Assembly: GCA_964624415.1 (NCBI GenBank) | Contig: CAZUWR010000002.1 | Coordinates: 12,454 to 76,453 of the forward strand | DNA length: 64,000 nt | Direction: 5' to 3' | Source of the DNA: an uncultured Bdellovibrionales bacterium | Lineage (GTDB): Bacteria > Patescibacteriota > Minisyncoccia > Moranbacterales > UBA1568 | In this document: positions 57,286 to 64,000 of the stretch, one piece after another | How the letters are laid out: each line of letters opens with the position of its first letter | How positions within the stretch are numbered: position 1 is the stretch's first letter | The notes under the pieces: generated by a model | Databases searched by the model: none | What the model was told of the DNA's origin: nothing | The model's input: only the letters and a program-made list of their open reading frames with translations | Program-made: the position numbers and the translations under genes

Positions 57286-59922
57286 ATGAAACATGGTATC
57301 GTACCAAAAACAAAAATGGCACACAAATTAGTTGTTGTAAGTTTAATTATCTCGCAGCTCGTTTTCGCTTTTTCGATACCGAAGAATGCATATGCCGAAG
57401 TCTTCCCTTGGGATCTGGTAGCTGAGACCGCTTCTATAAATGCTGGCACAAGTGCCGCAAATACTGCAGCAGCAGCCACGGTATCTGCAGCTATTGTGAC
57501 CGCGCTTGGCTTAGGAGCTTCAGTTTTAAGCAGCTCCAATATGAATGGTGTCATGAGTGATGTGGAAAAACGATACCACATCAACACGAGCTCCGTGCAG
57601 AATCTGGGCGAGACAATGAACACTTCTTCCAATAAGGAAACCGTTCCGCAGACGAATGTTTTTTTTAATCCGACCGATCCGAAAAACGGTAAGGAGATAA
57701 CCGCACAAGCCTTTCCTATGTATTTTTCAAGTCCGAAGGAGACGCTTTATTTCACTTGGTATCTTAAGCGGAAAAATTGCGATTTGAAAAATGATAATCT
57801 GAGCGAGGAAGAAAAGGCTTGCGACCTCGATGGGAGCGGGTCCATCACTGTCAATGACTGGAAAGTAGCGGCGATGCGCAGGATTGCGACTGGAGGTTTT
57901 TCATACGATCAAGCGAATTACAGTGTCGCCAGCAACGACAATGACGAGTATAAGGCGCAATTCGGCGGTGATAAAAGCAAGAGCGGGTATTGTTTTGTGC
58001 ATAATTTCGATACAGGAATTGATTACGGTTTAGTCGATGGCGGTGACAACAACGGATGTAAACACCTGTTCCCGAAAACTCCGGGACATACGACCGGAGA
58101 CGGGTCGTCATTCGATGCTGATGCCGAGCGTTTTTGGCAGACTGATCCGCAAGATCCAAGTACGGCGCAAAATGGTAATAAGGATGAAGCAAATGTAGTT
58201 GGACTCGGACAGGATAAATTTACTTGGAGCTATGCTACCGGGGATCAAGTAGGGGTTGTGATTGAAGGACTATCTATGGTTCCGACCAAGTTCCCCGATG
58301 CTTCCATGCAGGTGATGTGGGCCTTCTCCAGAAACAAATGCACTCCTATACCGACAGGAAGATCCGTACCTGGAGCAGCTTACAATGGAGGTGCTTCACA
58401 AATTCCCACGGCGAATATGGATGTGAACGATTGTTTGAAAGATAACCTCATTGATCCGACACAAGGTGATCAAGCCGGAAAATTGGATATTCAGCTTACG
58501 AGCTCCCCGGAGAATCCGGTCATGCATTTCTTTTCGGACAGCAAACCTGATAGGCAAGGTAGTGTCGTGACGGCCCAGTCAGTCCTTTCGAATTCCGTTA
58601 CCCAAAGTTCTCGGGTATCCTATGAATGGCGCGTGTACGCTAATACCAATAAATCACAGACAGATGATACTGCCTGGGAGGATGTGACGCAAGGATTGAT
58701 TGATATGCATAATCTTTCCAATGTGAAAGGGAATGATTTAGCTGCTCTTAAAATCAATCTCAATATTGATGAAAAAACCCAAGTGAGCGGAGAGACAGTA
58801 TCAAAAAGATACTTTAAAGATGGTGTGGGTTACTTGCGTGTCAATCTGACAGCAACAGAAAATTTTGAAGCAGGCAAAAAGCGTGTAGGGAGGGCCTCAA
58901 CTATCATTAAAATGACTGAGGATCAAGCTCGTATACAGACCCATGCAGTCAACGTCGACACTTCAAATTGGAAGCTTCGGTTTGTAAATCCTAGTTTGAC
59001 GGATAATGGCCTGTTATGTGAGGATAACGCTTCTGATCGAACTATTTGCCCGGTCGTAAAGGGGCAGATTATCGGGGTGAATTTCAATCCAGATAAACTT
59101 GGATTACAGCCCAATAACGGAGCTGATATTTCCTGGACAATCAACAACCAACTCTTTCATTGTAGCAGCGCTATTTCACAGGATGGGGATTGCGCCAATG
59201 GAACGGAGAATTTTTTCCCAGTGACGGGCGATATAGGCGAGACATATAATGTGACAATGACCGCCAATAATCCGGTAACAGGAAAATCGATTACGCTCAA
59301 TCGCATGTTTTCTGTTGTTGAACCATCGCTTTTGATAGTATCGGCTGATAGTGCCAAGGTGTGGCCAAAATACCTGGGGCAGTATGTGGATGCCAGTGGA
59401 AAGACCACGGATAACTACAGTCAGGATGTGTTTGAAGCATTCGCTGGAGGGGCGTTTTCCTTAAAGGGTCTTTTTTATCCTAACGCGCTTAAAAACAGCG
59501 CCAGCGTGTCGTGGCTTCTCAATGGTGTGGCTGCAGCGCCTGATAGTGCCGGACTACTCGCTATCGACGCGGCAGCCGCTCCGGGATCAGTTTACACGGT
59601 TTCTTTGAATGGTTTATACTCCCCATCGCAGAATAGTATCAAAGCGATATCGACGATCTGGGGCATTTCAGTGGTCGGTGCCGTGGAAACGAAGCTTTCC
59701 CGTGATATCCAAGTTGAAATTATGCCAAGTGCTGATGGAATCGCTCGAGGACCGATGAGTGGTCCCAAGAAGTTTTTCGCGAGCATTATTTCGTATATTC
59801 CGACATCGATCATTTTCTTCTTCCGTTTGATCGTGACTATGGGAATGATTTTACTGACGCTTGGAGTGATATTTTCCCTTGTTCCTGAGCAAAGAAAATC
59901 CGGTCAAAATTTGAATTATTAA
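57286..59922 (+). CDS. Large (878 aa) secreted surface protein with a C-terminal membrane anchor
   Basis: Signal peptide, a long Asn/Asp/Thr-rich extracellular region, and a C-terminal TM (IISYIPTSIIFFFRLIVTMGMILLTLGVIF). Confidence 0.55.
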   Translation: MKHGIVPKTKMAHKLVVVSLIISQLVFAFSIPKNAYAEVFPWDLVAETASINAGTSAANTAAAATVSAAIVTALGLGASVLSSSNMNGVMSDVEKRYHINTSSVQNLGETMNTSSNKETVPQTNVFFNPTDPKNGKEITAQAFPMYFSSPKETLYFTWYLKRKNCDLKNDNLSEEEKACDLDGSGSITVNDWKVAAMRRIATGGFSYDQANYSVASNDNDEYKAQFGGDKSKSGYCFVHNFDTGIDYGLVDGGDNNGCKHLFPKTPGHTTGDGSSFDADAERFWQTDPQDPSTAQNGNKDEANVVGLGQDKFTWSYATGDQVGVVIEGLSMVPTKFPDASMQVMWAFSRNKCTPIPTGRSVPGAAYNGGASQIPTANMDVNDCLKDNLIDPTQGDQAGKLDIQLTSSPENPVMHFFSDSKPDRQGSVVTAQSVLSNSVTQSSRVSYEWRVYANTNKSQTDDTAWEDVTQGLIDMHNLSNVKGNDLAALKINLNIDEKTQVSGETVSKRYFKDGVGYLRVNLTATENFEAGKKRVGRASTIIKMTEDQARIQTHAVNVDTSNWKLRFVNPSLTDNGLLCEDNASDRTICPVVKGQIIGVNFNPDKLGLQPNNGADISWTINNQLFHCSSAISQDGDCANGTENFFPVTGDIGETYNVTMTANNPVTGKSITLNRMFSVVEPSLLIVSADSAKVWPKYLGQYVDASGKTTDNYSQDVFEAFAGGAFSLKGLFYPNALKNSASVSWLLNGVAAAPDSAGLLAIDAAAAPGSVYTVSLNGLYSPSQNSIKAISTIWGISVVGAVETKLSRDIQVEIMPSADGIARGPMSGPKKFFASIISYIPTSIIFFFRLIVTMGMILLTLGVIFSLVPEQRKSGQNLNY

Positions 59923-59932
59923 CAGTGTCCGT

Positions 59933-60790
59933 ATGAAACTTTCTCGATTCCATACTCTTTCATTGGCCATACTTCTCTGTATGGGCGTGTTTGTGTTTAT
60001 CGGAAGCCCGGTTGCAAAGGCGGTCACAGCTCCGCAGTATACCCAATTGGAGAATATTCCGGGAGCTGAAGGGAAAAACAAGTCATTTCCCGAATACGTG
60101 ACATCCATATATAATCTCGGACTATGGTTGGTGGGTATTTCGGCTATGTTTATGCTCTCGGTCGGGGGGTTTATGTATTTGACAAGCGCTGGCAATACAT
60201 CGGCTGCCGGATCTGCCAAAGGTGTAATCAAGGATGCTCTTATCGGCCTTGTGCTCGGGCTTTTTGCATGGCTTATCCTCAATACCATCAATCCAGACCT
60301 CACGACATTGAATGTGAGCGGACTGCAAACAGGCACATCGGTAACGCCGATTCCCGGAGGGCAGGCACCATCAATACCTTCTGTAGGAGCTAGCGGACAG
60401 TATACAAACAGTGAAGCAGTAGCAGTATTGCAGTCTGCGGGAATTTCTGTAACCAGTAGCGGTAATTGCAGCGATCAGAACAATGCAAACTGTACCAGTT
60501 TGGAAGGAATACCAAAAGATGCGATTAATAAAATTATCAAACTGAAACAGAGTTGCGGATGTTCTTTCAATGTGACAGGAGGTACGGAAGTAGGTCATGC
60601 CAGCCATGGCCCAGGACTGCCCGTAATGGATGTTTCTCAAGACCAGACACTCGGTAATTACCTTAATAATAGATCGAACTTATCATCTGCAGGCATAAGT
60701 AAAATATGTGCTACATCGACATGGCAGAGAGTCTCATATAATTGCGGCGGGTATGTTGAGCAAAAACAACATTTCCATCTCGCATTTTGA
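59933..60790 (+). CDS. Pilin-like protein (VirB2/TrbC-like hydrophobic core) with a Cys-rich C-terminal extension
   Basis: Signal peptide, then two TM helices (LGLWLVGISAMFMLSVGGFMYL … LIGLVLGLFAWLILNTI) in the VirB2-pilin arrangement. Confidence 0.4.
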   Translation: MKLSRFHTLSLAILLCMGVFVFIGSPVAKAVTAPQYTQLENIPGAEGKNKSFPEYVTSIYNLGLWLVGISAMFMLSVGGFMYLTSAGNTSAAGSAKGVIKDALIGLVLGLFAWLILNTINPDLTTLNVSGLQTGTSVTPIPGGQAPSIPSVGASGQYTNSEAVAVLQSAGISVTSSGNCSDQNNANCTSLEGIPKDAINKIIKLKQSCGCSFNVTGGTEVGHASHGPGLPVMDVSQDQTLGNYLNNRSNLSSAGISKICATSTWQRVSYNCGGYVEQKQHFHLAF

Positions 60791-60828
60791 TTGGTGAAGA
60801 ATAGAGGTGGTTTTTATCGGCGTATTCT

Positions 60829-61968
60829 ATGAAAAAGGTATTCTTCATTTCCGCCGTCGTATTGGGTATCACGCTGCTTTTGGCAGGAGTGTACAATTTT
60901 GCGTTCCGCAACAATGTCAATAACCCATTGGCAAATGACACCGCGACCATCGAAGTGAAGAACCCGTCAATAACAGTGCCTGAAATAAAGGAAAATCCTA
61001 TCAAAGCATTGACTGATGAAAAGGCTATGAGTCCTTCGTATGATGCGCAGAGCAATAGTGTCCGGTATTTTTCTTCTCAGAAACGCGAAATAAAGAATGT
61101 TTCTCTGGATACGCAAGATGTGACCACGGTCATGCCTCTTTCTGGAGAGCCGTCTCATGCTGCGTGGTCGCCTCGCAAAAACCAAGCTTTAGCGGAGCTT
61201 AAAACAGGACAAGAAACGCGATGGTATCTTATCGATACGGATACAAAGACGGAGATACCACTGAAAAACGGTATCGAAACACCCATATGGACACAGTTGG
61301 GAGATCGCATTGTATATAAATACTATGATACCAAAACAAAAGCGCGAACCTTAAATACCGCTAATCCTGACGGGAGCGATTGGAAGGAGATTGGAGAAAG
61401 TCCTTTTAAGAATATGAGTGCTACGGTCATGCCACAGGGAGGACTGTTTGTTTTCTGGAATCAAGGTAATGCTTTCGAGGAAACATCTTTGCGTAGTGTG
61501 GCACTTGTCGGCGGTGATGTGAAAACGATGTTTTCCGGAAAATTTGGCGCTGATTATGCGTTTTCTCCTGACGGACAAAAGATACTGATGAGCTCGACCA
61601 ATAAAAAAGGTGGTACGCTGCCGATGCTGGGATTACTGCTGAATCAAGGTGCTCAGTATCAAAATCTTTTGATCCCGACACTGGTCACTAAAACCGTGTG
61701 GGCAAAGAATGGGAAGTTAGTATACTATGCTCTTCCCGGGGCGCTCCCTGAGAATGCGATTATCCCCAATGACTATTTTTCCCAGGCTATTCTAACGCAG
61801 GACACGTTTTGGAAGGTGAACCTCGAGACAGGAGAAAAAAACCGTATCGTGGAAACGAAAGACATAACTACCAGCTACGACGCCTCATCTATGATACTTA
61901 GCGATGATGAGACTATGCTTATCTTTATAAATCGTGTAGACGGAAAGCTCTACAGTATCCGTCTCTAA
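60829..61968 (+). CDS. Membrane-anchored TolB-like (PD40/WD40-like) beta-propeller protein
   Basis: N-terminal anchor and repeated …SP(D/R)G… blades (AWSPRKNQ, FSPDGQKILMSS, etc.). Confidence 0.6.
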   Translation: MKKVFFISAVVLGITLLLAGVYNFAFRNNVNNPLANDTATIEVKNPSITVPEIKENPIKALTDEKAMSPSYDAQSNSVRYFSSQKREIKNVSLDTQDVTTVMPLSGEPSHAAWSPRKNQALAELKTGQETRWYLIDTDTKTEIPLKNGIETPIWTQLGDRIVYKYYDTKTKARTLNTANPDGSDWKEIGESPFKNMSATVMPQGGLFVFWNQGNAFEETSLRSVALVGGDVKTMFSGKFGADYAFSPDGQKILMSSTNKKGGTLPMLGLLLNQGAQYQNLLIPTLVTKTVWAKNGKLVYYALPGALPENAIIPNDYFSQAILTQDTFWKVNLETGEKNRIVETKDITTSYDASSMILSDDETMLIFINRVDGKLYSIRL

Positions 61969-62124
61969 TGCTTTGCGCGGAGCATGCTTCTCAGTAACTG
62001 TCTAAAATATTTTCATTTTTTGCTTTTGCGTGGTGTTTTTTCGAACTGCCGGGTCAAAGACGAAAGGCGAGAAAAAATATCATCAAAAGCTAAAAAATAA
62101 GGGAAAAAAGATTTTAGACAGTTA

Positions 62125-63357
62125 CTAAAGACCCAATGCCATCAAAAGCCAAAACTGATACGCGAGATCATTTTTCCAGTACGGTGTATCCAAGAGGCCG
62201 ATGAGCAAAAGAGTTATGAATATCCCGACAAGCGTCCATTTTACGGATGCTTTTTTTGGTATGTCGGTACGCGTGCAAAGTAGGCTTCGTATCCATAAGA
62301 CAATCAGTATGAGGAAGCCGATAAGCCCGATAATCCCTGTCTGGAGCCAGAAAGCAAGGTAAAGGTTATGCGGATGCGGCACGGCCCACTCAAGGTAGGG
62401 TGGGAAATAGTGTTGATAAGCAAGGTAGGTGGTCTGGAAATTGCCCGGACCGATACCAAAGAAAGGATGGTCAGAGATCATTTTCGCGGAAGACTGCCAG
62501 ATCATGATGCGCGAAGCCAATGAAGAACGGTCGCTGAGATGAATGATATCGGAAAACTTCTGTGTGTGTGCTTGGAAAAGCAAGAAGACTGTGATAAGAG
62601 CGATGTATAGAGCTCCGATTCTGATGCGTATTGCCGGCGATGATACGCTTGTAAAGAAAAGAATACCGAAAAAACCGATAAGGGAATCGATAATCACCGT
62701 ATACGAAAGCGTAAGGTAGAGCGTTACACAAAGTAATATCCATGAGGTTAGATCAATGACACCCCGAAGATTTTTTTTGTGCGAAAAGGTCTGAGTCACC
62801 CAATACCATCCAAGCAAAACTCCCGGAAAAAGAAAGAGCGCGAGATAATTCGGCGAGAGGTAAAAGGCCTTGAGGCGCCCGTCATAAGTGAGGCTGCCTC
62901 GGGAAAAAAAGAAGAGAGCCGCAATCGCGGTGAGCACCAGTGTGGCGTACCATACCATCAGTGTTTTCTGAACCACAACAGAGGGATTGTTTTGATGTAT
63001 GGTTTGAGAGGTTTCTTCCTGATGAATGGTTTGGAATACCAGCCATCCAAAGAGTGCAGGAAAGAAAAACCAGCTCTTAATAATGCCCAGTTGAACCAGG
63101 GTGAGACCATTGAGTATTGATGAAGAAATGACACCGAGAAAGATCATCGTAATTGCTATTAAAATTGACGTAGGAAGCTTTTGTATTCTCAAACCATCAG
63201 TATGACATCGTGTCCATACAAATACCGCAGAAGCGAAAATAACCATCAATTCCGGCATATATATCGGCACTCCGAGCACAAAGAAGCGCGCTCCGGCAAA
63301 AGGGAGCGTCATAATGGTCGCGAGCAGGAGATACTGAAGGATAGATTGGGGTTTCAT
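62125..63357 (-). CDS. O-antigen ligase/polymerase-family membrane protein (second paralog)
   Basis: 410 aa, about 10 TM helices, Wzy_C-like loop. Confidence 0.5.
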   Translation of the reverse strand: MKPQSILQYLLLATIMTLPFAGARFFVLGVPIYMPELMVIFASAVFVWTRCHTDGLRIQKLPTSILIAITMIFLGVISSSILNGLTLVQLGIIKSWFFFPALFGWLVFQTIHQEETSQTIHQNNPSVVVQKTLMVWYATLVLTAIAALFFFSRGSLTYDGRLKAFYLSPNYLALFLFPGVLLGWYWVTQTFSHKKNLRGVIDLTSWILLCVTLYLTLSYTVIIDSLIGFFGILFFTSVSSPAIRIRIGALYIALITVFLLFQAHTQKFSDIIHLSDRSSLASRIMIWQSSAKMISDHPFFGIGPGNFQTTYLAYQHYFPPYLEWAVPHPHNLYLAFWLQTGIIGLIGFLILIVLWIRSLLCTRTDIPKKASVKWTLVGIFITLLLIGLLDTPYWKNDLAYQFWLLMALGL

Positions 63358-63473
63358 AGCGATTTTAGAATAGCATTTTTTCCATTTTAGACATAGGAAT
63401 CAGTGTTATGTACTATATTTTATTTTTTGGTGAGTATGTTACTATGGATGGGTACTAAATCTTTAAAGAAAGC

Positions 63474-63821
63474 ATGAATATGGCACTTTCAATTCAAGGT
63501 ATGACCGAGGATGTCCTCCGTATTTTTAGCAAGTACACATCCACAGGAACAAATCCTTGGGATTACAAGGTAGCTGCTTTTGATTTGCAGTATCAACTCG
63601 GTAATCTTTCGAAACGTATTTCTCAGCTCGATAACAATCGGTATAACGAAGGTTTATCTCCGGAGAAAATAAAGGCATGTATCGCCGATGAAATTGCGGA
63701 TATTATGGCGGAAGCGCTCTTTATCGCCCATGAGCTCGATATCGATGTCGAAAAAGGATGGCGTGCAATGATCACAAGCGATGAGACAAAAATCAAAAAT
63801 CGTCAAAGTGATTCTGAGTGA
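63474..63821 (+). CDS. MazG-like nucleotide pyrophosphohydrolase domain protein
   Basis: …EIADIMAEALFIAHELDIDVEKGW… matches the EExxE/D MazG helix pattern. Confidence 0.5.
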   Translation: MNMALSIQGMTEDVLRIFSKYTSTGTNPWDYKVAAFDLQYQLGNLSKRISQLDNNRYNEGLSPEKIKACIADEIADIMAEALFIAHELDIDVEKGWRAMITSDETKIKNRQSDSE

Positions 63822-64000
63822 TAGTATGTTTCAGTAAAATAAAACATGACATCCTTTGTTTTATCAGGTTATTTTTGTGAGATTTTTACAGCGCGGAGGG
63901 AAATAAGGAAAAGCAAAAGAGGGACGATATGCACGGAGTAGAGCGGAGTTTCGACGAGGGAGTGCGCGGTGAAAATAATGAGGGATATGGCTGGCCAGAG

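Overview
This is a low-GC bacterial chromosome segment. Its gene content (short multi-S1 protein, split VirB3/VirB4/VirB6-type locus with large surface proteins, tiny intergenic spacers) resembles a reduced-genome Patescibacteria/CPR-like organism under the standard genetic code. That taxon assignment is an inference, not a database result. The window has three parts. (1) About 1-12.4 kb is an accessory, defense-like island. It holds a P-loop NTPase with a winged helix, several unannotatable membrane or secreted proteins, a 1259-aa orphan giant protein, a retron-like reverse transcriptase whose start overlaps an XRE-family HTH gene, a gene-free stretch with a strong GC hairpin, and a DUF4238-like gene. 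The modules are separated by a family of about 110-160-bp repeats carrying the six-frame-stop palindrome TTAATTAATTAA. (2) About 12.5-48.6 kb is a housekeeping block: hsp20 preceded by a CIRCE element, a 3D-domain hydrolase, tRNA-Cys/Leu/Arg/Val/Ala, HD hydrolase, family-4 UDG, nrnA, rbfA, gyrA, S1-domain protein, gmk-like, tilS, ftsH, rpsO, an NYN gene, pnp, yraN, dksA/traR, lspA, comM/yifB, an RlpA-G5 protein, rsmA, UbiA, pcrA/uvrD and xerC/D. It contains a 1.1-kb gene-free AT-rich region with clustered DnaA boxes, which is a candidate oriC. (3) About 48.8-62 kb is a T4SS-like/envelope locus: LysM-CHAP hydrolase, VirB6-like, VirB3-like, VirB4 in two pieces, CPBP-like protease, an 878-aa surface protein, a pilin-like protein and a TolB-like beta-propeller, followed by a second O-antigen-ligase-family gene and a MazG-like gene. 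No CRISPR array or rRNA gene was found. The strongest candidate for a previously undescribed system is the repeat-bracketed RT-HTH cassette, together with its neighbours.
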